From NCBI GenBank assembly GCA_964606695.1, contig CAZSHG010000007.1, forward strand, positions 2,456-66,455: 64,000 nucleotides of DNA. The letters run 5' to 3'. Below the pieces are notes generated by a model. That model saw only the letters and a list, made by a program, of their open reading frames with translations. It made no database searches and had not been told where the DNA came from. Shown here in pieces: positions 9,615 through 18,928 of this stretch (its first letter is position 1; the number at the start of each line of letters is the position of its first letter). The position numbers and the translations under genes were made by a program. This DNA is from an uncultured bacterium. Lineage in GTDB: Bacteria; UBP14; UBA6098.

Positions 9615-9956
9615 TTAGAGTATCTGAGATTTCTCGGTAGGTCTCGGAGTCTTGATAACGAGGAAACGCAGGATATCTTCGCTCTCGTTCAACACCCGGT
9701 GTGGGATTTTAGCAGGGCTATCGACAAGAGTATTTTCCCCGACAACGATCCTCTCCACGCCGATTTCAACCGTTGCATTGCCCTCCAGAATAAAGAAAAC
9801 GGCATCCACAGGAGTAATATGTTTCCGCAAACCTTTACCCGGCGCGATCTCAACATGGATGACCTGGACGTGTTTGCTGTCGTGTAATCCTCTAACGGTA
9901 GCTTCGTGTGGAGTTTGCTTTTCGTTTACCTCATTGACCTTTACGTATTTGATCAA
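9615..9956 (-). CDS. Cupin-domain protein
   Basis: 113 aa; a small beta-barrel cupin-like sequence with His residues in G(X)5HXH-like positions. Confidence 0.55.
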   Translation of the reverse strand: MIKYVKVNEVNEKQTPHEATVRGLHDSKHVQVIHVEIAPGKGLRKHITPVDAVFFILEGNATVEIGVERIVVGENTLVDSPAKIPHRVLNESEDILRFLVIKTPRPTEKSQIL

Positions 9957-9958
9957 TT

Positions 9959-10375
9959 TTACGTCTTCTTTCTGTCCAGAAAATCCTGAACTGTAGTAGT
10001 GTTGAAGTAAGTTCTCAATTTGTTGAATAATTCGTCACGGATATCGTCGAATATGCAAACATCCCTTCTGCAACTGATTCGGCCGAGGAAACAATTTGAA
10101 TCCTTCAGTGGCCCTTCGATCGATTGAAAAATATCCATATAAGGTATTTCGGAAGGTGATTTGGCGAGTTTAGCGCCACCTTTGGGCCCGCTCATGGATT
10201 CCACGAGACCCGTTTGTGATAACCTGCCGATTACCTTCGCAAGATGATGTCGGGAACCGCCAATTTCTCTGGCTATCTCTTCGGTGGATATGTATCTGTC
10301 CCTATTCTCAGCAAGATAGATAACCGCATGTAACCCTAATGATGCCGCTTCGGAAAGTGATACAAGGTTTTTCAT
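9959..10375 (-). CDS. Rrf2-family transcriptional regulator (IscR/NsrR-like, three-Cys cluster ligands)
   Basis: N-terminal winged HTH (LSEAASLGLHAVIYLA, SRHHLAKVIGRL). C-terminal C-x8-C-x5-C (CFLGRISCRRDVC) pattern typical of Fe-S Rrf2 regulators. Confidence 0.8.
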   Translation of the reverse strand: MKNLVSLSEAASLGLHAVIYLAENRDRYISTEEIAREIGGSRHHLAKVIGRLSQTGLVESMSGPKGGAKLAKSPSEIPYMDIFQSIEGPLKDSNCFLGRISCRRDVCIFDDIRDELFNKLRTYFNTTTVQDFLDRKKT

Positions 10376-10817
10376 AATTACTTCTTCCTTAAAATAACGT
10401 TTTCAATTATGTATTAAGATACAAAGATACACAAATAAGTCAAGGAGAAAAAAATAATGTGATGTCATGCCAAAAAACAAATCCCTAAAAATTAATATTT
10501 CATAACGCAAAAAGTGAACCAATTAATACGCAAATTTTTACTTCGGATTTTCGCCACTATTCACAAGTTGCCATAAAGTAAATGCAAAAAAAATTAACCA
10601 AACATTGATAATACCAATCCTCTTTCCGGGGTATCAGGTATTGCCTGGTAAAGATATCCTGTTGTTGTGTTGGAAATATAAGCTATATAGGATTTGACGG
10701 AATAGCGTAATTTAAGGACGTGGCGCATAGAAGGCGAAATAGAAGCGCTATATATGCATCCCAATCGATAAGTTTGAAAGCAAAGAATTAATAATTACAA
10801 CTAATGTGAGGGAAAAA

Positions 10818-11501
10818 TCAACGTTTGCGATTTTCCCTGGCAACGACTTCGAGAGAGGTAATTCCCTCTTTAACGGCGTATTTGACAAGCTCCGCGATAC
10901 TGAAAAGGCCGAGTTTGTGCATGATGTTGTGCCTATGCGTATCCACGGTCTTGATACTTACGTCCAATTTCCCGGCGATTTCCTTCGTGCTGTAACCCTC
11001 CGAAATCAACTGCATGACTTCGCGTTCCCTGTCGGTTAAAGCCTCAAAAGCCGTCTGGCCTGCCGGGACGTCATTTACAATATATTCGTTAACCAGTTTG
11101 CTGGCGACGACCGGGCTTAAATATACGTCCCCGTTCATCACCGAATCTATGGACTCCTTTAGCTCGTCGAAGGAACAACCCTTGACCAGATACCCCGAAG
11201 CGCCGCATTTGAGGAGTTCCGTCACAGATTGCGTATCGGAATACATCGAAAGACCGATTATATTTATCCTGTCGTTTTCTTTCTTAATTTCCCGGGTAGC
11301 TTCGACACCGTTCTTTTCAGGCATAGCGATATCCATAAATATCACGTCCGGCGATAATTGTTTAGCCATATCTATAGCCTGAACGCCGTTATCCGCCTCG
11401 CCGACTACCTCGACCCACTCCAACGGCTGAAGCAATGAAATCAAGCCCTCGCGTAAAAGTTGATGATCATCTACGATCATTACCCGTATCGCCATAACCA
11501 A
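10818..11501 (-). CDS. NarL/FixJ-family response regulator (receiver + LuxR-type HTH)
   Basis: VMIVDDHQ...D receiver motifs and a C-terminal LTDREREVMQLISEGYSTKEIAGKL HTH. Confidence 0.8.
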   Translation of the reverse strand: MVMAIRVMIVDDHQLLREGLISLLQPLEWVEVVGEADNGVQAIDMAKQLSPDVIFMDIAMPEKNGVEATREIKKENDRINIIGLSMYSDTQSVTELLKCGASGYLVKGCSFDELKESIDSVMNGDVYLSPVVASKLVNEYIVNDVPAGQTAFEALTDREREVMQLISEGYSTKEIAGKLDVSIKTVDTHRHNIMHKLGLFSIAELVKYAVKEGITSLEVVARENRKR

Positions 11502-11879
11502 CCCCTATCTGTTTTCTCTTTCCAAATTTGAAGTTTATGAAATTACTCGAAAATGCTATCCTCGAATTAAATCGTCTAACGCTGGAACCTATTAGCGTCA
11601 AATCGATTACTTCTATATAATATAAAAAAATCCCCAAAATCAACATTTGTTTTATTAAACTGAATAATACTTGAATTGAAGAGATATTTATTCGAGTATC
11701 TTTTTCCAGAAAGATTATTCGACGCTTTTGATACTCTATATATCGACCGTTTAAGCGGTTTATTCTTATCTTGTTTTCCGTCGATGATAAACTATTGATT
11801 TTTCGACGAAATCGTGTATTATGATGACTGTCCCGAATGGGGCGTTTTGTATTTTAACAATCGCGAGGATGGCGATATT

Positions 11880-13598
11880 ATGAGTTACGACGACAATCTG
11901 CCTGAGATCGACGGCGTTATCGGGCGCAAGCCGGAGAATCTGGATTTTATCCGCAAGATAATCGAGGAGGACAACGAGTCCGGCAAACACGACGGGCGCG
12001 TGAATACCCGTTTCCCGCCGGAACCGAACGGCTATCTGCATATCGGGCACGCCAAGTCGATATGCCTCAACTACGGGATCGCGGTGGAATACAACGGCAA
12101 GTTCAATCTCCGTTTCGACGACACCAACCCGGCCAAAGAAGATCAGGAGTTCGTAGATTCGATAATCGAAGACGCCCGTTGGCTGGGCGCCGATTGGGAG
12201 GATCGCCTCTTTTTCGCCAGCGATTATTTCGACCGGATGTATGCGCTCGCCGAGGAATTGATTCTCAAGGATAAGGCCTTCGTGTGCGATTTGAACGCCG
12301 ACGAGATGCGCGAATATAGGGGGACGTTGACCGAGCCGGGGAAGAATAGCCCTTTCCGCGAACGGACTGTCGAGGAGAATCTCGATTTGTTCCGGAAAAT
12401 GCGCGCGGGGCAATTCGCGGATGGCTCGCGGACTCTGCGGGCGAAGATCGATATGGCATCGCCGAATATGAACATGCGCGACCCGGTTATCTATCGTATA
12501 GTGCACGCCAGCCACCATCGCACAGGCGACGAGTGGTGTATTTACCCCAGTTACGACTGGGCGCACGGCCTGGAGGATTCGATCGAGCGGATCACGCATT
12601 CGCTGTGCACGCTGGAGTTCGAGGATCATCGCCCCTTATACGACTGGTTTCTGGAACAATTGGAGGTCTATCGCCCCCGACAAATCGAGTTCGCGCCGTT
12701 GAATTTGAGTAATACGATCCTCAGCAAGCGCAAGCTGGGAGAGCTCCTGCGTGAGGGCTACCTCTCCGGCTGGGACGACCCGCGTATGCCTACGCTTTCG
12801 GGATTGCGCAGGCGCGGATATACGCCGGAAGCGATATGGAATTTCTGTCTGCATATAGGGGTTTCAAAGGCGGACAGTCTGGTGGATATCGCTCTGCTCG
12901 AACATTACATTCGCGACGATTTGAATTTACGCGCCAATCGGGTGATGGCGGTTCTCGAGCCGCTGAAGGTGGTTATCGAGAATTACCCCGAGGGCAAGAT
13001 CGAATGGCTCGACGCCGAGAACAACCCGGAGGACGAGTCCGCCGGAACGCGAAAAATACCATTCTCCCGGGAAATATATATCGAACGGCGGGATTTCATG
13101 GAGAATCCCCCTAAAAAATATTTCCGGTTCTTCCCCGGCAACGAGGTGCGGCTAAAACACGCATATTACATAACCTGCACGGACGTTATCAAGAACGACA
13201 CGGGCGAAGTAGTCGAGTTAAGGTGCGAATATGATCCTAACTCGCGCGGAGGCTGGAACCCCGACGGACATCGGGTCAAGGGAACACTGCATTTCGTAAG
13301 CGCAGAACACGCCGTGCCGGCGGAAATCCGGCTTTACGATCATCTGTTCAAAACCGAAAACCCCTCGGACGTCCCGGAAGGCGATTCCTGGATGAATAAT
13401 CTAAACCCGAATTCTATGCAAGTCCTCACCTGTTGTATGGTCGAACCTTCGCTAACCGAGGCCAGGCCGGGGCACAAATTCCAGTTTATGCGCAAGGGCT
13501 ATTTCTGCATGGATAAGGACTCGACGCCGGAGAAGCTGGTTTTCAACCGCACCGTGTCTTTGCGGGACACATGGAAAAAAATACAGAAGCGAAAATGA
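11880..13598 (+). CDS. glnS: Glutaminyl-tRNA synthetase
   Basis: [18 protein letters not shown] (HIGH), and near-colinear similarity with E. coli GlnRS across the whole length. The start is taken at the MSYDD Met. Confidence 0.9.
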   Translation: MSYDDNLPEIDGVIGRKPENLDFIRKIIEEDNESGKHDGRVNTRFPPEPNGYLHIGHAKSICLNYGIAVEYNGKFNLRFDDTNPAKEDQEFVDSIIEDARWLGADWEDRLFFASDYFDRMYALAEELILKDKAFVCDLNADEMREYRGTLTEPGKNSPFRERTVEENLDLFRKMRAGQFADGSRTLRAKIDMASPNMNMRDPVIYRIVHASHHRTGDEWCIYPSYDWAHGLEDSIERITHSLCTLEFEDHRPLYDWFLEQLEVYRPRQIEFAPLNLSNTILSKRKLGELLREGYLSGWDDPRMPTLSGLRRRGYTPEAIWNFCLHIGVSKADSLVDIALLEHYIRDDLNLRANRVMAVLEPLKVVIENYPEGKIEWLDAENNPEDESAGTRKIPFSREIYIERRDFMENPPKKYFRFFPGNEVRLKHAYYITCTDVIKNDTGEVVELRCEYDPNSRGGWNPDGHRVKGTLHFVSAEHAVPAEIRLYDHLFKTENPSDVPEGDSWMNNLNPNSMQVLTCCMVEPSLTEARPGHKFQFMRKGYFCMDKDSTPEKLVFNRTVSLRDTWKKIQKRK

Positions 13599-13700
13599 CC
13601 CGAAATACGTAGTATCGTCCATCGGAAAAAACTATATATGAGGAAGGCGGCTGGCGCGATACATGCATCGGATGGTAGAGCAGTGGTTAGAGGAGGACCG

Positions 13701-13834
13701 TAGCATGTAGCGTGACAGCCGCCAGGTGCAGACCGCGTGGAGGTGGCGGAACCGTTGGCGCAGTTCTTGACGTTTAAAGAAATCTGAAAAATCGGATAAA
13801 GTAAATAGCAAGAACTGTGACAACGGTTTGGATA
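13701..13834. repeat. Structured intergenic repeat element, copy A (inverted copy at 46162..46272)
   Basis: Shares conserved blocks with the reverse complement of copy B: gtagcgtgacagc, tggcgcagttcttg, ctgaaaaa, atagcaagaactgtgaca and ggttggat. Internal inverted repeat cagttcttg/caagaactg and direct repeat gtgacagc. Confidence 0.5.
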
Positions 13835-13889
13835 GTCCTGGCCCTCAAATGAAAACGCCGGCCAAATCGACCGGCGCTTTCGCGATTTT

Positions 13890-13962
13890 TACCCCATGGA
13901 GGATTCGAACCTCCGACCCACTGATTAAGAGTCAGTTGCTCTGCCAGCTGAGCTAATGGGGT
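13890..13962 (-). tRNA. tRNA-Lys (anticodon CTT)
   Basis: Acceptor ACCCCAT/ATGGGGT, anticodon stem ACTGA/TCAGT, loop CTCTTAA. Confidence 0.75.
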
Positions 13963-14029
13963 AAATGAAAAATTTGCTATCGACAGCGGAAAAGTAGCGA
14001 GCCGCTAACACCCGCAGTTGAGCAATTAT

Positions 14030-14116
14030 CGGAGAGGGAGGGATTCGAACCCTCGATACGCTTGCACGTATAACTGCTTAGCAGGCAGTTGCCTTCAGCC
14101 GCTCGGCCACCTCTCC
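14030..14116 (-). tRNA. tRNA-Ser (anticodon GCT), long variable arm
   Basis: Acceptor GGAGAGG/CCTCTCC, anticodon loop CTGCTAA, extended variable arm. Confidence 0.85.
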
Positions 14117-14511
14117 ATGGAAAATTCAATCTTGGAATATTTTAGATTATCCCAATGAAAGGGCACATATTCGTAGAAATTCTCTTTTTACGATATTGAG
14201 AATACTTCCGGGTGCTCGCCACTTCTACAAGAGTTTTCGGTTTTTATGGATAATCAAGATTATCTCGATGACCGGCCACCTCTAAGGGAGATTTTCTCTT
14301 TTGTCATTCCCGACCTGATCGGGAATCCAGAAATTAAATTAGATGCTTACTAATAATAGAGGCGGCGTCCCGCCGACGATGTTTGAATTCCAAATGATCG
14401 AACGGGGACGCTCGGACTATTATTTATAATGATCGTAGGGGCGTATTGTATACGCCCGTTTAATTTCCGCGTGTCAATAACTTCAAAGAACGATTTCGAT
14501 ACGAGAAATAT

Positions 14512-14970
14512 CTATCTCGATCTGGCATTTTCGAAAAAACGTCTCAAAATATCGCTACATTTGTCAGCCATTACTCCCGATGTAACTCGAATGGAATGGC
14601 CGAATCTCGGGTCGTTTACTATATTGAACCCGGACACCGCCGCGCCGAGTTTCGGATCGGGTGCGCCGTAAACCAAACGCCCTACTCTGGCGATCATAAT
14701 CGCCGCCATGCACATCGGACACGGTTCCAGAGTAACATAGAGCGTGACGTCTTCCAGCACACGGCTTCCAATAGCCTCGCCGGCTTTTTTGAGCGCGATC
14801 ATCTCCGCGTGGCCGGTAGGATCGCCGGTTTCGCGGTCGTTTCCCGCGTTAGCGATAATTTCATCGCCCAGAACGGCGACACAACCCACGGGCACCTCGC
14901 CGCAGTCAAAGGCCGCTTCCGCCTCCGCGATAGCCTCCGCCATGTATATTTTGTCTTTATCGATATCCAT
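14512..14970 (-). CDS. tadA: tRNA-specific adenosine-34 deaminase
   Basis: HAEMIAL and PCPMC zinc-binding CDA motifs; 152 aa. Confidence 0.85.
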   Translation of the reverse strand: MDIDKDKIYMAEAIAEAEAAFDCGEVPVGCVAVLGDEIIANAGNDRETGDPTGHAEMIALKKAGEAIGSRVLEDVTLYVTLEPCPMCMAAIMIARVGRLVYGAPDPKLGAAVSGFNIVNDPRFGHSIRVTSGVMADKCSDILRRFFENARSR

Positions 14971-15002
14971 TCAAAGAACTTTAACTGGCGCGCCCGATGC
15001 TA

Positions 15003-15030
15003 CGGACGGCCTACGGATTCGTGGTCCGGT
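15003..15030 (-). other. Anticodon-stem-loop-like copy of tRNA-Arg(ACG) in the tadA 5' region (copy 1)
   Basis: Minus strand reads CCGGACCACGAATCCGTAGGCCG, compared with the tRNA GCCGGACTACGAATCCGTAGGCCG. The ACG anticodon is retained and U33 is changed to C. Confidence 0.4.
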
Positions 15031-15038
15031 TTTATCAA

Positions 15039-15112
15039 CGCGCCCGGCAGGATTCGAACCTGCGGCCTACGGATTCGTAGTCCGGCGCTCTATCCAGCTG
15101 AGCTACGGGCGC
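15039..15112 (-). tRNA. tRNA-Arg (anticodon ACG)
   Basis: Acceptor GCGCCCG/CGGGCGC, anticodon loop CTACGAA. Confidence 0.85.
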
Positions 15113-15157
15113 GAATCAATTCGCTTATTCATATTTTCAAATACGCGCGACTCTAAG

Positions 15158-15188
15158 GGTAGCTTACGGATTCGTAGTTCGGCGTTTT
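15158..15188 (-). other. Anticodon-arm-like copy of tRNA-Arg between the two tRNA-Arg genes (copy 2)
   Basis: Minus strand reads GCCGAACTACGAATCCGTAAGC; the loop is identical to tRNA-Arg(ACG). Confidence 0.35.
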
Positions 15189-15196
15189 GTCTTAAA

Positions 15197-15270
<74 letters not shown>

Positions 15271-15443
15271 GAACGTTCTCAATGACCGTTGCCTGGGTCG
15301 CAAAGCAATCCCTAATGTATATAACCAAGCCGCGAAATGCAAGCTTTTTTGTGATAACTTAACGATTCAACCAGAATCTTATTGCAAAAAGGTGAAAATT
15401 TAATAAGTTGCTCCGATAAAGTAAAATTAAAAAGGAGAGAGTA

Positions 15444-16322
15444 ATGCCTAAATCCTTCGTCTTCACGATATTAGTAATCGTTGTTGTAACTTATGCCTCC
15501 GAACCCGGTCATTGGGAGAAATCCATGGAACTGAACATTAATTTCAACATGAGTAACTACAGCGACAATTGGACCGGTGGCGACGTCGGCGGAATCAACT
15601 GGGTTGCGAATTCGAATATTCTCGCTCAGAAGCAGTTCAATAATTGGTTTCATTGGAAAAACACTCTAAAGATGTCCTTTGGGCAAACTCATTCCCAGGA
15701 CGCCGAAACCGGAAACTGGCTACTTCCTCAGAAATCCACCGATCTGATAGAATTCGAATCTATCGGCAGGTTTACGGTGACAAAATTCGTCGATCCATAC
15801 GCCGCAGTCAATCTGAAAAGTCAGTTTTACGACAAGTGCGACGTTGAGAATCCCAGATATTTCAATCCGATAAACCTCAAAGAGAGTGCGGGTTTTGCGC
15901 GAGTGTTTATCAAAACCGAGAAACGCGAACTCACAAGCCGCGTGGGTTTCGGTATTCGACAGCATATCAACCGCGACGTAATGATCGCCGAGGACGATTA
16001 CGAAACTCAGACAACCAACGACGGCGGTTTGGAGTGGGTGACCGAACTTCGCACGCCTCTGGCCAATGAAAGAATCAGTTATTACACAAAACTTACCGTC
16101 TTCAATGCGGTTTACTATTCAGAGGCAGAGGAGTTAGAAGGAACGCCGCAGGAGGACTACTGGAAAGCCCCGGATATCGATTGGGAGCACATTTTCACGG
16201 CGAACATCACCGAACATCTGATGGTCAACCTTTATTTCCAATTACTGTATGACAAAGAAATCGACCTGAAAGGCCGCCATAAGGAGACTTTGTCGGTTGG
16301 GTTCACTTATAATCTCTTTTAG
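15444..16322 (+). CDS. Predicted outer-membrane beta-barrel protein (signal peptide, C-terminal Phe)
   Basis: N-terminal hydrophobic signal sequence, alternating amphipathic strands, terminal ...YNLF; GGAGAG RBS. Confidence 0.55.
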   Translation: MPKSFVFTILVIVVVTYASEPGHWEKSMELNINFNMSNYSDNWTGGDVGGINWVANSNILAQKQFNNWFHWKNTLKMSFGQTHSQDAETGNWLLPQKSTDLIEFESIGRFTVTKFVDPYAAVNLKSQFYDKCDVENPRYFNPINLKESAGFARVFIKTEKRELTSRVGFGIRQHINRDVMIAEDDYETQTTNDGGLEWVTELRTPLANERISYYTKLTVFNAVYYSEAEELEGTPQEDYWKAPDIDWEHIFTANITEHLMVNLYFQLLYDKEIDLKGRHKETLSVGFTYNLF

Positions 16323-16589
16323 AAAGCAACAAGATCAAGGAGTTCGAGAAGTTCGTCGGCTTTCTTATAGGAATGACAGACGGCTAGTAATATTTACCAT
16401 TTATGACATTTTCCTTGACTAAGGATGTTATTTTACTAATTTATTACAATAGATAATGAACCACTCAAATATAAATACAATATCTACCAGGACGGGCAAA
16501 TACTCGCATTTTGAGTTTCCCCGCTTTTTGGCGAATGCCGAAATATATGCCGAGGATGTGCACTTACGGGTTCTAATCAAGGGGCGAGA

Positions 16590-16757
16590 ATGACATTCTG
16601 GATAATGGTCTTACTGGGCTTGGTGATTTTCAATGTCCTTGCGGTAAATTTCGTTTTCCCGGAGAAGTTCGTCGATTTTTCCCGAACCCTGTTGCTTATT
16701 GTCTCACTCATTTTATTATATAAGAGTTATAAAAATATAAAATCACGTTTCGGTTGA
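16590..16757 (+). CDS. Small single-TM protein, paralog of the N-terminus of the next gene
   Basis: MTFWIMVLLGLVIFNVLAVNFVFP compared with MIIWILLLIGMLILQNIAITFSYP of ORF 16776; RBS AAGGGG; about 55 aa. Confidence 0.3.
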   Translation: MTFWIMVLLGLVIFNVLAVNFVFPEKFVDFSRTLLLIVSLILLYKSYKNIKSRFG

Positions 16758-16775
16758 TATAAAAGGAGATAAACA

Positions 16776-17207
16776 ATGATAATCTGGATACTCTTACTCA
16801 TCGGAATGCTGATATTGCAGAATATTGCAATTACCTTCTCATATCCGCCGATTTACGTTCATATATCGACAGTGGGTATGCTTCTTTGTATCCTCGGAAT
16901 GGCTTATCAGGCCTACGCCAAACAGCAGGCTATTTTACGCCAGGAAGCCGAAAGAAAAAGACACCACGAATTGCTCGGGCAGATTCTGACAGGCGCCGGA
17001 TATTGTTCGCCCAAGGACATCCTGGAGGGACTTAATCGTCAGAATAAAGGCGACGCGAGGAAAATAGGGGAAATCCTGACCGATATGAAAGTAATCGACC
17101 AGACTCAACTCGATAGGGCTTTGAAAATCCAGCATGAAATTAAACGCGGTTCATCCGGTTTCGAAGAAAATAACGAACGGCCCGATGTCTCGGTAGAAAC
17201 CGCATGA
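16776..17207 (+). CDS. Membrane-anchored protein with a GspE/MshE N-terminal-like (T2SSE_N) domain
   Basis: N-terminal TM segments. The C-terminal DILEGLNRQNKGDARKIGEILTDMKVIDQTQLDRALKIQ resembles T2SSE_N / MshEN. Confidence 0.45.
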   Translation: MIIWILLLIGMLILQNIAITFSYPPIYVHISTVGMLLCILGMAYQAYAKQQAILRQEAERKRHHELLGQILTGAGYCSPKDILEGLNRQNKGDARKIGEILTDMKVIDQTQLDRALKIQHEIKRGSSGFEENNERPDVSVETA

Positions 17208-17336
17208 AATTAGCATTCAGCGGAGAATAGTTATAGCGGAAGGGGTGAAAAACGAAGGTAATTAGAGATGATTTTTTTTGAAGGACGTTTAATCACTATC
17301 AGATCGTTTATACAGTAACGACGGTATTTTAAGATT

Positions 17337-17366
17337 CTCCGGTTTGAATAGCCGGATTTTTTTCCG
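17337..17366 (+). terminator. Rho-independent terminator after ORF 16776
   Basis: tccgg-tttgaatag-ccgga hairpin followed by a ttttttt run. Confidence 0.4.
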
Positions 17367-17429
17367 ATAAAAAATAAGGGTAATCCAATTCGAGGCGAAA
17401 TTATCCTGAGAGGGATATTGGCGGATGGA

Positions 17430-17455
17430 TATAGAAAAACCGCTTCACGCGGTTA
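17430..17455 (-). terminator. Rho-independent terminator downstream of the tRNA-Gly/tRNA-Cys unit
   Basis: aaccgc-ttcac-gcggtt hairpin followed by a T-run on the minus strand. Confidence 0.4.
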
Positions 17456-17474
17456 TTATGGAATAATAAATAAT

Positions 17475-17549
<75 letters not shown>

Positions 17550-17611
17550 TCGATTTCAAATAAAAAACCGACGCCCGGTCGGTTTACGGGCAATATCGCC
17601 CCAGAAAAAAT

Positions 17612-17683
17612 AGCGGGAGACGGGACTTGAACCCGCGACAACGACCTTGGCAAGGTCGGGCTCTACCACTGAGCTACTCCCGC
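17612..17683 (-). tRNA. tRNA-Gly (anticodon GCC)
   Basis: Acceptor GCGGGAG/CTCCCGC, anticodon stem CGACC/GGTCG, loop TTGCCAA. Confidence 0.85.
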
Positions 17684-17722
17684 ATTCTCAAACAATAAAT
17701 ATATTTTACCATTCAATGAGTG

Positions 17723-18928
17723 TCAACCCTTTTTTTGAAATTCTCTACGCGAATAAATATCTCGTAATAATTGTTGTTCTTCGGGCAACATCGTAACGAG
17801 ACGGCGGGACATAACGGTTTGTGCCGTGGAAATAGCCTTTTCGATATCGTATTCGACGTAACCGTCCGCGCCGCCCCACGAGAAATCTGGCACATATTTG
17901 GGCGGAAGCCCCGTGCCGTAATGATTGACGCTCACGCCGATACACGTTCCTGAGTTCAACAGCGTTCCGATTCCAGTTTTGCTGTGGTCGCCGATGAAAC
18001 TTCCTGCCTTGATTCTGTTTGTCGATATCTGTCCATCCCCGAAATCGACACGAACCTCGCCGTAGTTATTCTTGAGGTCGCTGGTGGTGGTCAACGCGCC
18101 CAGGTTCACCCATTCGCCTATATATGAATGCCCGACGAAACCTTCGTGATACTTGTTGGAATACCCCTGAAATACACTCGATTCGACCTCGCCCCCGATT
18201 CGACATGAGGGACCGAAACTGCAACCCGAACGTATCCAACCGGAAACTATCTGCGTTTCCTTTCCGACATAGCAGGGGCCTTCGATAACTGAACCCGGTT
18301 TAATAATAGCACCCCTATCGATTATAACCGGCCCGCCGCGAACGTCGATAACAACTCCCGCACAAACCTCCGCGCCCTTCGCTATCGAGACAAGATCAGC
18401 CGAATAAATCGTAGCCGAAATATGGACGTTGCCTTCTACCGAAGGCCCGAAAAAGTGATGAAAGTCATGTCTGATCATCGTGTCATTGACGTTCACGATA
18501 TCCCAAATCGCGGGAATTTTTTCGACGGAAAGCTCAATCTTTTCCAGACCTTCATCTGAGATCGAATCCGGTGGTTCATCGAAGTCCCGTAAAATAGCGA
18601 TAGTTTCGCCGGCTGTAACGAATGCTGTTCCGTTTTCAGCGTCGTTGATTAAATCTCGAAAAGCCGGATCGTAGGCGAAATTCGGTTTAATTGCCAATAC
18701 TGGGCCCTCGCCATCGGGCAATTTATTGGCAGGGATATTGGTTCGCGCCGTATATGCGTTTGCTATAGTTTCGGGAGCTGTAATTGCGATTTTCGCTTCC
18801 GTAAAAAGACGGCGAAGCCTTTCCGCGAAGGTAAAAGCCCCCGTGCGTAATTCGGCAAGGGGGCGAGTGCGCGTGATAGGAGAAAAATTCGCCCTGTCTT
18901 CATCGAGTATGAAAATTCTTTCTATCAC
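17723..18928 (-). CDS. Nucleotidyltransferase-like protein with a C-terminal left-handed beta-helix (hexapeptide-repeat), GlgC/GlmU-like but with a non-canonical N-terminus
   Basis: C-terminal hexapeptide repeats (IGEWVNLGALTTTSDL..., IGDHSKTGIGTLLNSGTCIGVS). The start codon overlaps the korC stop. Confidence 0.5.
   Translation of the reverse strand: MIERIFILDEDRANFSPITRTRPLAELRTGAFTFAERLRRLFTEAKIAITAPETIANAYTARTNIPANKLPDGEGPVLAIKPNFAYDPAFRDLINDAENGTAFVTAGETIAILRDFDEPPDSISDEGLEKIELSVEKIPAIWDIVNVNDTMIRHDFHHFFGPSVEGNVHISATIYSADLVSIAKGAEVCAGVVIDVRGGPVIIDRGAIIKPGSVIEGPCYVGKETQIVSGWIRSGCSFGPSCRIGGEVESSVFQGYSNKYHEGFVGHSYIGEWVNLGALTTTSDLKNNYGEVRVDFGDGQISTNRIKAGSFIGDHSKTGIGTLLNSGTCIGVSVNHYGTGLPPKYVPDFSWGGADGYVEYDIEKAISTAQTVMSRRLVTMLPEEQQLLRDIYSRREFQKKG

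Noticed and set aside
10376-10817. Direct repeat aagataca-aagataca and an AT-rich 440 nt region upstream of the Rrf2 gene, considered as a possible operator array
   Set aside because: I could only find a single short duplication and no convincing palindrome; noted as a promoter region only.
11766-12629. 287 aa minus-strand ORF antisense to glnS
   Set aside because: It lies entirely inside a strongly supported glnS, and its translation is low-complexity and Arg/Val-rich: a typical shadow ORF.
13632-13823. 63 aa minus-strand ORF over repeat element A
   Set aside because: It overlies the conserved non-coding repeat. The second copy (B) has no equivalent ORF, so the conservation is at the nucleotide or structure level.
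14265-14285. 12 nt exact copy (cggccacctct) of the tRNA-Ser 5' end, 155 nt from the gene
   Set aside because: It copies the 5' rather than the 3' end of the tRNA and has no integrase or other mobile signature; too short to call an att site.
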